64,000 bases of DNA. It comes from a virus (lineage: Duplodnaviria; Caudoviricetes). The translations under genes and the position numbers were made by a program. A model generated the notes under the pieces. It was given only the letters and a program-made list of their open reading frames with translations. It had not been told where the DNA came from and made no database searches. The stretch lies in IMG/VR virus record IMGVR_UViG_3300042691_031247; one strand, given 5' to 3'. Position 1 is the stretch's first letter, and every line of letters begins with the position of its first letter. Shown here piece by piece: positions 56,401 through 64,000 of the stretch.

Positions 56401-58306
56401 CGAGGTTAGGCGCAATCGTCTTTTTCTGTTCGGCAAACTCCTCGTCTGACATACCAGCCGGCTTAATCTTGTTGAAGTCTTCGCTGGCCATGGTGCCTTG
56501 CATAACCGCAGATTGGCGCTGCGCCAGCCGGCGCTGGTGCATGTAGGTTTGACCCTTGTAGGCATAGCCCTCCTGCACGAACGGCTGTAACCCCTGCCGA
56601 TCCATCTGGTACGCGCGGAAGAGGCGGTCCGACGCGCCGGATTCTTTTGCGAGTTGGTACATAGAGCCTACGCCGCCCTCGCCAACCATTTGCGCAAGAT
56701 TAAATTTTTGTCCCTTATACTCGAACTCTTCTTGATTGTTTCGGTATGCCTGTACGGCGGCTTCCATTTTGGTGCCGCGGTACTTGTCCGGGTTTTCTGT
56801 CACGAGCCTATTCAGCACAGCAATACTCTGCCCGCCGGCGCTCGCATCACCGCGGCGAGAGAAGTTAGCCATCACTTCATCGGCTTCTGCTTTTTGGAGC
56901 TTACCCGGGAGCATCTTGTTATACGCCCCGGAGTCGTGCATTGCTTGGCTACGCAGCATGTTTGTGTGCGCGCGCTCCAAACCGCTTTCGCGCGAGAGGC
57001 CCATCTGCACGCCCATCTCCTGCTCGTCACGCACGATCTTGTTTAATTCGGTCAGGCTGGTGTTAGAGTCTCGGGCCGCCATGCGCACTTGCCGCACCAG
57101 CTTTTCGAGTTTGCCCGGGGCTAGCGACGACGCGCCACCAGTTAAATGCTCAAGGCTTTTAATAAGCGCTTGAACCGGCGCGTTCTCTTGGCCATTGTCG
57201 CCAAAGATCTCGCGAATCGCGGCGATACTGCCCGTGTAGTCTTTAAGCGCTTTCGTGGTTCGCTGGGCGTCAACGGCGTTCGCGGCGGTGCTAAAACCGT
57301 CCATCTGCTCAATTTCAGAGACCGACTTGGCGCGCGGATCTTTGGCGGTGTGCCTGTCGATTTCTTGGAACGTCGAGCTGATGCGCTTCTTGTAGTCGCC
57401 CATCTTGTCGGCGAGCATGATCTTTTGTTCTTCTTCGGTGGCGTTCGCATAGTCGAAATTGCGCGACATTAAATCGTCATGCCCAAACTGCTCGGCAAGT
57501 CGGGTGATTGTCTTGTCGTCGCGCTTCGACGCGCTCATGGCTTTAACGCGCTCTGCCGGCGTGAGCGCGCCCAGCGCTTGCGGCAGCTGCCCCTTCTGGA
57601 ACAGGTGCTCCATCATTTCGCCGCTCGCTACGGCACCAAACCCGCGCATCTCGTTGAGGTTGGCGTCGGGGCCGTACATGTTTTGATATACATTCTGCGA
57701 AAACTGCCGCGTCGAGTTTTCGGACATCCGGCTGTCGCCTGTCGCGGCGTCGGCCCGGTAAAAGCCGATCCTGTTCGCGGCTGCGGCAGTAGCTGACGGG
57801 TCGCCGCGACGGCCGAACATAAGTCCTTCGTATGTTTCGGCGCCGATCTGGCTGGCGGCAAATTGTTTAAAAATTGGATTGTTTAATACGCGCGCCCCTG
57901 TGTTAGCCTGCTCGCGATCAAGCTGTGTGATTGGTTTGCCGCCGTTTGCGATCTGCTGCGCGGCTAGTATTTTTTTGGCGACCTCTTCGTTGCCGGCCAT
58001 GTGCGCGGCGTTAATAACCTGCGCGCCACCGCGCTGATACTGCGCAGCCGTGTGTTGGTCCATCACGTTCTGGCCGGGCATCTGGTGCATTAAAAACGCA
58101 TCTGGGCCGAAGGCGCCCTGCACCAGCTGCGGGCCGTACATGTTGGCCAGATAGCCAAACGCGTCGTCTACGTTTCTAGGATTCGTAAACGGCGAATAGG
58201 TCGGCGGGGCGTAGCGCAGAGCGTCTATAGACTGCGCCGCCGCCATGTCGTACTCGGACGGCGCGTTGCCAAAAAAGCCCGGATGAATGTACTGCGAAGC
58301 CTGCAT
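53420..58306 (-). CDS. Tape measure protein
   Basis: 1628-aa helical A/Q/E/K-rich ORF after the chaperone pair and before the hub. Confidence 0.85.
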   Translation of the reverse strand: MQASQYIHPGFFGNAPSEYDMAAAQSIDALRYAPPTYSPFTNPRNVDDAFGYLANMYGPQLVQGAFGPDAFLMHQMPGQNVMDQHTAAQYQRGGAQVINAAHMAGNEEVAKKILAAQQIANGGKPITQLDREQANTGARVLNNPIFKQFAASQIGAETYEGLMFGRRGDPSATAAAANRIGFYRADAATGDSRMSENSTRQFSQNVYQNMYGPDANLNEMRGFGAVASGEMMEHLFQKGQLPQALGALTPAERVKAMSASKRDDKTITRLAEQFGHDDLMSRNFDYANATEEEQKIMLADKMGDYKKRISSTFQEIDRHTAKDPRAKSVSEIEQMDGFSTAANAVDAQRTTKALKDYTGSIAAIREIFGDNGQENAPVQALIKSLEHLTGGASSLAPGKLEKLVRQVRMAARDSNTSLTELNKIVRDEQEMGVQMGLSRESGLERAHTNMLRSQAMHDSGAYNKMLPGKLQKAEADEVMANFSRRGDASAGGQSIAVLNRLVTENPDKYRGTKMEAAVQAYRNNQEEFEYKGQKFNLAQMVGEGGVGSMYQLAKESGASDRLFRAYQMDRQGLQPFVQEGYAYKGQTYMHQRRLAQRQSAVMQGTMASEDFNKIKPAGMSDEEFAEQKKTIAPNLANRMLDVVMNETKDMSSEEVDATLEKRGKEELSNYFQSKDGGNLGKRAADARAEKYFNALYGADPETRKENMRALYTESSAILQERTGVNIEGQKQIRDRGALANADAKQKVDERRAERFNKAALGTESTFSQRVGDELNNISSDNTRTRAESLKHVLNVMSEDEMLQKYAPDMQEGLVAAAKMYTSATITPEQIQKLHEEAQKNPTGPEAKKLKTMAGFKPDEELTAEQQQTLYARAQMAVGNTAAGDTPAQKEQNEAQRRRSTAVIKAYNTGKKEDVTAGARAMAESVLGPKADQKQIDAFAQAALDKDTTAFEKKMQGGFFGGKLSDAKQEEARAMSKALRASQEFGGLAAAGLNQTAQTVTEAQERPLAKTNEVTRDVSKQTFDQLEQNYDKRAYAALKPENVTAEQFDARRKDLMRKTADVAAGVAINEMGNQVDDTPEDRAQFMSKRLKEEMIKHFESEGSVPARAEEKAKKHLEAVFGSGDRGVQQLNNVYAKARETAKEQGLETFRSKQTNMDDPASVDAQIEALRKRGTDRGWMATDMRFSNDEDQQRWEELQKRKKELATPSAADDAKLTDAQQKVVDEISKDPTADNFTSAMYDTDKRKQLLSLPGGEARKLFDKFSPEDQQKGLDGLDGARTSMFLSKEERANVSRLHKTLAEHQATKVMERVKSGAPAPAAGGLTSQNLDPKQAAALHSSGLQQMMDLLSGGGGAQGQPSQQEQLQLVTQQMEDIASRGKPGWFTSEIQLSDEDKEKYTSLQRRKDEITSGDPLGTVTKQMEEIASRGKSGWFTSELQLGKEDRKKYDALSQRRKELESGDPLGTVTKQMEEIASRGKSGWFTSELQLSSDDKKQYDFLRQRRDEIKTLDPAQQQIDPMASIGGDAPSAGGEPPWASGASTGVTAIRQTQAAFVSSGREATSVAQQNAEQALRAQRGVQDNERGRDMQLTGTLVLKGLSEAVMQASGRHMEQTPDGTPVDMAGGTGSYHR
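53800..54235 (-). repeat. Three 147-bp (49-aa) tandem repeats in the tape measure C-terminus
   Basis: VT(Q/K)QMEEIASRGKSGWFTSELQL...; TGGTAACAGTTCCAAGCGGATCGCC at 53911 and 54058. Confidence 0.9.
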
Positions 58307-58321
58307 GTGCCGCCGCCGTGT

Positions 58322-58723
58322 TTATTTTTCGTTGTTTAGCGTTTTATATCGCTCCAACATGTCGCTCAGGTCTTTGCTTAACATTGTATCTTTTTTGGGC
58401 TCTTCGCCGCGCGGCTCTGACGGTTTTACGTCTTCCGGGGTGATCCACGGAAAAACAGTTTTTTGGATATCGCTTAGCAGTGCGTTTGAGCGCTTTTTGA
58501 TATCAGCAAAACTCTCTTCTGTCAGATTGCCGTGAGCCAACAGCGCCAACCAGTGCCGCTGCGCCGTAACTAGTAATTCGTAATCTTCTCGGCGCTCTAC
58601 CTCGTTTAGTAACAACCGGTGCTTAATTCTCCACTGACGATTTCTGGGATCGGCGCCGGCGTAGTTTATTGCGCCGGACACGGCAGCCCGCACCATTAGG
58701 GCTGCTACCCGATCCCGTTCCAA
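58322..58723 (-). CDS. Tail assembly chaperone C-terminal extension (gpT-like), likely reached by -1 frameshift
   Basis: Lies in the -1 frame, overlaps the upstream gene end, only a TTG start and no clear SD. Confidence 0.65.
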   Translation of the reverse strand: MERDRVAALMVRAAVSGAINYAGADPRNRQWRIKHRLLLNEVERREDYELLVTAQRHWLALLAHGNLTEESFADIKKRSNALLSDIQKTVFPWITPEDVKPSEPRGEEPKKDTMLSKDLSDMLERYKTLNNEK

Positions 58724-59748
58724 AAACTTGGTTCGAGCGCCATGGCCTCTAGCGCCTCCACCAGCCGCTGAAACCTCCGTAAGTGCGTACTGATCAGGCG
58801 GCGAGTAACTTCGTGCGCCAGCGCCTTTGTGTTAATGAACTGGCGCGCTGTTGGAAGAGCCGTCTGGTTCGGCTGATCCTCCGGCGGTGTAAACTTCACG
58901 TCGGCGAGGACGGGGTTTAACATCGTCGGCTTGCCGCTACTGTCGATGATGGCTTCAAGCGAGCACACCAACCGATATTCCGCAAGCCGCAGAAACCACT
59001 CCGCCTCCGAGAAAATCTCCCCGGCGTTCTGGTCAAGAAGCAGCTGCCGCTGAATTAAAAAGTTCTCGTCGGCAAGCAGGCTGCGGAGCCGCACAACCAT
59101 ACGGCCGCCGGCCAGCTCGTAGTCGCGCGTGAAGCGGTTGCCACCAAGCAGCGTGGCCAAAAAATCTTCTTTATCTGCGTCAGATACATCAACGTCAAAT
59201 TTCTGCTGCATGTTCCACCCGCACCGCGGGCAGAACGGCAGAATCGCCATCGGGCCTTCAACGTCGCCTGCTGGCGGTGGCAGCACTTCGTCAGCGGGCG
59301 CGGTCGGCGACTCGGCGGGCTTGTCGGCGTCGGCCGTTTGCACAATAACAACGTCGGGCTGGGTCGCTGGCGGCGTCTGCGGCACAAACTCAGCCGCGTC
59401 TGCGCGATCGTCTACGATTTGCGTCTCCATCATCTTCTTGTACGCCTCGGCCACGCTAGGCGCCATGTCTGCCGTCGCTTCTTTAAGCTTTTCGGCTGCT
59501 TCTTTCTTTTTACCTGCGTCCTTCGCGACCTTGAGGCTGTTCTTTACTTTTTCAACGTCCTCTTCCGTCATCAGCTCGGCGTCGATAAGTACGTCGATGC
59601 GCTTAGACGGCGGCAGCTTATCGCGAATTTGCAGCAGCAGCTCGCCAAGATCGGCCGGGATCGGGTCGTTTACTTTCCAACCAAACTGCTCCAGCGTGGC
59701 TTTGGTAAAGTCCGACACGTAGGGGTTTTCAACTAGCTCCATGACCAA
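58705..59748 (-). CDS. Tail assembly chaperone (gpG-like) with a CPRC motif
   Basis: Acidic 347-aa ORF just before the tape measure gene; GGAG SD. Confidence 0.65.
   Translation of the reverse strand: MVMELVENPYVSDFTKATLEQFGWKVNDPIPADLGELLLQIRDKLPPSKRIDVLIDAELMTEEDVEKVKNSLKVAKDAGKKKEAAEKLKEATADMAPSVAEAYKKMMETQIVDDRADAAEFVPQTPPATQPDVVIVQTADADKPAESPTAPADEVLPPPAGDVEGPMAILPFCPRCGWNMQQKFDVDVSDADKEDFLATLLGGNRFTRDYELAGGRMVVRLRSLLADENFLIQRQLLLDQNAGEIFSEAEWFLRLAEYRLVCSLEAIIDSSGKPTMLNPVLADVKFTPPEDQPNQTALPTARQFINTKALAHEVTRRLISTHLRRFQRLVEALEAMALEPSFWNGIG
58721..58729 (-). promoter_or_regulatory. Candidate -1 ribosomal frameshift site (CCA AGT TTT TGG to AAG TTT TTG GAA)
   Basis: T5 run four codons before the TAG; the -1 frame stays open for about 130 codons. 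Confidence 0.55.
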
Positions 59749-59753
59749 CTCCT

Positions 59754-62639
59754 TTAGGTACGCGGAATGACGGGGTAGTTACCGTTGATAATCTTTGGCG
59801 TATTGGGTTTAAACTCTGGCTCTTTGTATTCGCCGGCCAAACCGGGGGCCGGGTTGCGTTTCTTGTCGATATAGCCGCCCTCGTTTTGCACGATCTTGAA
59901 ATCTTGCTCGACGTACGCGGGTTCGGAGTTGAGCCATTTATCGCCGGGGAACGGGAACGTCTTTCCGCACGCGGCAGCCGTGACTGGCCGCTCTGTCCAC
60001 TTGTCGGGGCTCTTGCCGCCGATACGGGCCATCTGCTGCCAACGGTCCTCGTAAAGCATGAAGTCGGGAATCTTGTAGTCCTCGTCACGTCGGAACGAAA
60101 ACTCCATAATCGTCATCACGCGGTCGTTGCCGGCGCGTTTTTCCTCGTACCACATCTGTTGAATTTTTTGCGTATCAATCAGGTCGCCGACTTTTGGAAT
60201 TTCAACGTCGATGAGTTCTTTAAACAGCTCCACTGCCGCCCGTACTTGCGCCTGACAATCACCGTCACACGGACCTACGAAAATAGCGCCGCGAGCCGCC
60301 ATCTCGGTAAGAATATGGCCCTTTGATACGAGCACGCTTCCGTCGCACAGAACGTTGCCGTCAACAAAAAGATCCTTGTCTGTGCCGACCGGGCCGCAAA
60401 GCAATGTTAACGACTGTTTAAATAGGTTGGCCTTGTTTGTGCCGCCGACCTTTTGACCGCCAAAGAAGTGATAAACTGAACCCGATTCTTTGAGGTAGTT
60501 ATACAGGTTCTCAGACTTGGTAATGATATCTTTGCTGCCCTGTGCGGCGTCGAGCATGATGTCGCCCGGCTTTATGTTGCCGCCGCCTGTGCGCATGTAA
60601 ATCTGATGCGCCAGCCCCACCACGTTCGAGTAAGGGGCGCGCGCAACGACACCGGCAAACTTAATCTGGTCGCCGCACTGCTCGAAGTCGTACTCGATGG
60701 TCTTTCCGCGCGACTCCAACAGAATGCCGCCTTCACGGTCAGACGTCTCGTTACCGGCAAACACCAAGACGTTGCGCTCGGCTTTAATGCGGACGTTCTT
60801 TTCGGTGGCGGAGATATCGACTGTCTTGTTGCCGCGCAGAATGACGTCGTTACCACCCCACGCTTGAACGTCGCGGCCGCCTTTGAGCCACACGTCACCC
60901 GGCGCCGAGATAATCACGCACCCAGCCACCATTCGGATCTCGCCGCCGTATCCGTCACCAATGACTACGCCGCCATCCTCCAGCAACGAGATATACGATT
61001 CTTGCTCATAGAACTTTTGCTGGTTGTAGCGGTGGTCGATTTTCCACTCTTTTGGCGTCGGCTCTTTGAGATACATCGAGCCCTTGAGCTGGCTGAACTC
61101 AGGAATCTTTTGGTTAACGTCAGCGTAGCCTTCGGTTTTTAGATCCTGTTCTTCCCACGTCTTGTAGTCTTTCTCGTGCCAGTAGAACGGGTGCAGGCCG
61201 GCGTAGTTAAACAGATAACCGTGGAGATCGAGGACAGCCGTGGCGCGCTGCATGTTTGGCCACTTGGAGTCTGTCGTCTTGATGTCGCCTGTAATCTTGT
61301 GATCGGGGCCGCTACCGTACTTGCTGGCGGCCTTGTAGTTCCGCTCGGTGTCGTCGCCCTTGCCGGACTCAGGGCGCTTTAGGCGCTGCGGGAAGGGCAG
61401 CAGAATGCGTTTAGATAACACAATGCCCTTGGACGACGTGATAAACCGCCGACCGTCCATGGCCACGTTATCTTCTTGCAGGCCATATACGGGCTTTTCT
61501 TCGTGATCGGGGCTTTTGCTCCCGCCACCACAGTCCGGGGGGAAACTGTGTTTGCTGACGAGCGGCGATTCGAACGGCGGGCCCGGCTGGCCTTCTGGGT
61601 CGGGCTTGTACGTCCATTTCTGCTGGCCCGGTGGCGGCGCGTGGACAATCGTCCTCGTTCCCTGCCCGAGATAGCCGTAGAACTTCTGTGTGCGGTGGTA
61701 CGGCTGCGCAAAGTCGTCTTTGTTTTCCCAGTGCGAGTAATACGGCACGCCCTTGGGGCACTGATAGTCTTTCGGCTGGAAGTCTTTAACAATATCCTGC
61801 CCGGGCTGCAGTAACCCCATCGCTTCCCACGGGTACGGCGCATAACCGTTGGTGTCGTTGCACTCGGCCTGATCCATGTAGGCGTCGCGCTCGCTGCCGG
61901 CCGTCCAGACCTGCATGTTGTAACCGGCCACGCGGAGCATCTGGTCGTGATAGAAGCCGTATACGCCGCAGAACTCGTTTACGGACGCGCGGAACATGAA
62001 GTCATCGACCGTGACGCCAATGCCGGTTGTCGAGATCGCGCCCCACTCGCTGGCTAGCGTGGCGTCCCATGGCCGCCAACCGCTCCAGTCGACCATCTGG
62101 CCGTTGAGCTTTTCTTTGATGTACTTCTTGTGGCAGTCGTCTACGCGCTTGCGGCTAGCCTGCGAAATGTAGTCGTGATAGGCCCGCGTACCGATATCTA
62201 AAACACCCGGGGCGGCGCCAAGAATGAAACCCTGCCCGAGCCGGTCGTGCACCATGACGATGACAGGCGTACCGGGGGCGTACGTATTGATAGCAGAAGC
62301 GCCAAAGCACACCTGACTCGTATGACTCAGGGCCGACGCGATAATTGGCGCACGCGACTTCTCGACAAACACTTTATAGCAATTTGCGATAGCCGTGCCG
62401 TCGGCGATCGTGCCCATACAGATCCGCCCAGTATCCTGAAACCCGGCTTTAAAGCCGTGTAACTTACTGTTGGGATCTGCTACTGCTTGTGTTTGTGCCC
62501 CCCACGCCGCGGTTGCTGTACGACTTGAAAACTGCGTATTACTTTGAACTCGTCGCGCAGTTTGAGTTGTGTCGTATGTGTGTTGCTGTCCGGTGGCTGG
62601 AGAAATACTAACTGGTTTGGGGAGCGGTTGCTCGCTCAT
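59754..62639 (-). CDS. Central spike protein (gp5/VgrG-like: OB-fold plus beta-helix)
   Basis: N-terminal G.I...CYKV...PGT.V.V, then beta-helix strands (ISLLEDGGVVIGDGYGGEIRM...VWLKGGRDV...VDISA). Confidence 0.7.
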   Translation of the reverse strand: MSEQPLPKPVSISPATGQQHTYDTTQTARRVQSNTQFSSRTATAAWGAQTQAVADPNSKLHGFKAGFQDTGRICMGTIADGTAIANCYKVFVEKSRAPIIASALSHTSQVCFGASAINTYAPGTPVIVMVHDRLGQGFILGAAPGVLDIGTRAYHDYISQASRKRVDDCHKKYIKEKLNGQMVDWSGWRPWDATLASEWGAISTTGIGVTVDDFMFRASVNEFCGVYGFYHDQMLRVAGYNMQVWTAGSERDAYMDQAECNDTNGYAPYPWEAMGLLQPGQDIVKDFQPKDYQCPKGVPYYSHWENKDDFAQPYHRTQKFYGYLGQGTRTIVHAPPPGQQKWTYKPDPEGQPGPPFESPLVSKHSFPPDCGGGSKSPDHEEKPVYGLQEDNVAMDGRRFITSSKGIVLSKRILLPFPQRLKRPESGKGDDTERNYKAASKYGSGPDHKITGDIKTTDSKWPNMQRATAVLDLHGYLFNYAGLHPFYWHEKDYKTWEEQDLKTEGYADVNQKIPEFSQLKGSMYLKEPTPKEWKIDHRYNQQKFYEQESYISLLEDGGVVIGDGYGGEIRMVAGCVIISAPGDVWLKGGRDVQAWGGNDVILRGNKTVDISATEKNVRIKAERNVLVFAGNETSDREGGILLESRGKTIEYDFEQCGDQIKFAGVVARAPYSNVVGLAHQIYMRTGGGNIKPGDIMLDAAQGSKDIITKSENLYNYLKESGSVYHFFGGQKVGGTNKANLFKQSLTLLCGPVGTDKDLFVDGNVLCDGSVLVSKGHILTEMAARGAIFVGPCDGDCQAQVRAAVELFKELIDVEIPKVGDLIDTQKIQQMWYEEKRAGNDRVMTIMEFSFRRDEDYKIPDFMLYEDRWQQMARIGGKSPDKWTERPVTAAACGKTFPFPGDKWLNSEPAYVEQDFKIVQNEGGYIDKKRNPAPGLAGEYKEPEFKPNTPKIINGNYPVIPRT

Positions 62640-62693
62640 TTTTAATCACCAAGTTGGCGTGTTACGGGCGCGAACGCCCCGGGCGGCTGCCCA

Positions 62694-62735
62694 ATACAAT
62701 AAACGGCGGCTGCGAAAACCGCAACCGCCGTTTAT
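62694..62735 (-). terminator. Terminator-like hairpin after the tube gene
   Basis: 16-bp stem ATAAACGGCGGTTGCG/CGCAGCCGCCGTTTAT with one G.U on the minus strand, then TGTATT. Confidence 0.7.
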
Positions 62736-62763
62736 GTTTGTTCCATCACATCAACGTGCCGTA

Positions 62764-63195
62764 TCAAGACACGTCAATATCACTGCAAATAAAGCTCAGA
62801 TTCTCGTTGATTACGACGTCTTGCGCCGTGACGCTGGCGCCGATCGACGTCAGTGTCGCGTCTTTTACGTCGTAATTTACAGAGCCACCGCCCTTGCACG
62901 CGATGCCTTGCAGCATCATGTTCTTGGGTTGGCACATGTTGCCGTAGGTTTGAATCAACGTCTGGAAATCTCCGTTACCGGCCATCACGCGCGTAAGCTG
63001 GCACTGCCCCTGCCGACGGTTACCAACGTAATACACGTTGTTGCTGCCGATCTCGTACAGGAAGTTTACGGTACGGTTCACCGTAAACTGGAACTGCTGC
63101 ACGAGTACGGCCTTAGATCCGAGCGTTAAAACAACATCTTCTGCGCGCACGGCGCCAGTATGTGTTTGCGCTGCACTCTGCCACGGTACTGCCAT
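62764..63195 (-). CDS. Tail tube protein
   Basis: 143 aa directly after the sheath; LVQQFQFTVNR.V..LYEIGS...YYV. Confidence 0.75.
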   Translation of the reverse strand: MAVPWQSAAQTHTGAVRAEDVVLTLGSKAVLVQQFQFTVNRTVNFLYEIGSNNVYYVGNRRQGQCQLTRVMAGNGDFQTLIQTYGNMCQPKNMMLQGIACKGGGSVNYDVKDATLTSIGASVTAQDVVINENLSFICSDIDVS

Positions 63196-63237
63196 AATTC
63201 ACCTGCTGTTGTTGGGTTGGTACTTACAATTACGCGA

Positions 63238-64000
63238 TTAGACAACTAAGTGCAGCTCAATGTTGTTGAGCGGCGCCGGGACAGTCAGATCAAGCACAAT
63301 CTCGATACGATCCTTAAGCAGCGGATGAATCTGCAGCTTACGAATCGCGCCGTCGATGAGTTGCGAACCCAGCTCCTCGGTATTACCGTTGCCCTTGAGG
63401 AAATCGATAATCGCCGTGACCTCGTAACGTAACCGACGTACCATGCCCGGCTGCGCGTTCGTGCGGCCGATGAACGGCTTCAGACGGCGGTAGAACAGGT
63501 ACGACATGCTGTCGACGTTACGACGAATCATCTCTTCGCGGCGGTTCAGATCGAGGTTGTCGGTCGTCAAGGCGTGACGCGTGTGCGGCGTGCCGTCCTT
63601 GTCTTCCGTCACGATCCAGACGCCGGCCTCAGCCATGCGGTTAAGCTGGGTTTCGTTGAGGTACTTGTAGGAGCGCGAGAAGTCGTCGAACCCGGCGACC
63701 TCGACGTTCGTCAGCGGCTGGTGGGGCACCACACCGGAGACGAGACCGGCCAGAGCGGCCGCGAGGTAGTAACCGGGCTGAATCGTGCCGGCTTCGCCGA
63801 CCTGATCCGGCCACACGGCGCACACGCGACGGTTCGAAAGCGAACCGCCTTGTTGTGCAACGTCTTCAACGATCTCGTTGCGGTTGCGGTTATGCCAGAC
63901 CTCGACACGCTGCGGAACTGTAACAGCGGCGTCAGCGCCGGAGTACAGCAGCAGGGTCGATTCCGAGATAACCTGATCAACCACGTACTCTTCGTACTGC
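63238..64000 (-). CDS. Contractile tail sheath protein, C-terminal part (continues beyond the window)
   Basis: GYYLAAALAG...PHQPLTN..., RHALTT, EEMIRRNVD, TVPAPLNNIELHL ending; high GC3. Confidence 0.88.
   Translation of the reverse strand, partial: QYEEYVVDQVISESTLLLYSGADAAVTVPQRVEVWHNRNRNEIVEDVAQQGGSLSNRRVCAVWPDQVGEAGTIQPGYYLAAALAGLVSGVVPHQPLTNVEVAGFDDFSRSYKYLNETQLNRMAEAGVWIVTEDKDGTPHTRHALTTDNLDLNRREEMIRRNVDSMSYLFYRRLKPFIGRTNAQPGMVRRLRYEVTAIIDFLKGNGNTEELGSQLIDGAIRKLQIHPLLKDRIEIVLDLTVPAPLNNIELHLVV

Larger units (their letters stand above)
1..64000. mobile_element. Segment of a large contractile-tailed dsDNA phage genome, probable Planctomycetota host
   Basis: Terminase large subunit, sheath/tube/tape measure/baseplate operon, tRNA without CCA, dense small ORFs; no host housekeeping operons and no element boundary in the window. 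Confidence 0.9.

Noticed and set aside
44587-64000. Extracellular contractile injection system (eCIS/tailocin) rather than a phage
   Set aside because: A terminase, phage early genes, a tRNA and a long tape measure lie on the same contig, and no Afp15-type ATPase is in the tail cluster
1-64000. Stop-codon reassignment (TAG or TGA)
   Set aside because: Recognisable proteins are full length under code 11, and TAG, TGA and TAA all end genes that abut the next start

Overview
This 64 kb window reads as one continuous piece of a large, contractile-tailed (myovirus-like) phage genome under the standard genetic code. Almost all genes are on the minus strand. The host is probably a Planctomycete, inferred from several planctomycete-type proteins (tandem RNAP alpha-CTDs with an xFGET/AxL motif, CsrA, a DUF1257/DUF2997/AAA+ module with its helical partner, a nucleoid-like K/A-rich protein). 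The left ~29 kb is an accessory/early region: many small ORFs, a tRNA-Thr(UGU), a GNAT, a pyrimidine-dimer-glycosylase-like protein, a dNTP pyrophosphohydrolase-like protein and a degenerate primase-like protein. Three plus-strand genes are interleaved there, including the terminase large subunit. The right ~35 kb is a tail operon: sheath (partial), tube, spike, chaperone pair with a likely -1 frameshift, tape measure, hub, a translationally coupled sigma factor, wedge/baseplate genes, five Cys-rich paralogues, a 1510-aa Cys/Pro-repeat plus collagen fibre and a second collagen protein. The most notable signals are the five-gene AAA+ module, the Cys-rich tail appendage set, the 4x alpha-CTD protein, head-to-head overlapping start codons and several long strand-biased RNA hairpins. 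All family names come from motif recognition by eye, not from database searches, and need HMM confirmation. I found no capsid, portal, integrase, CRISPR array or reverse transcriptase.
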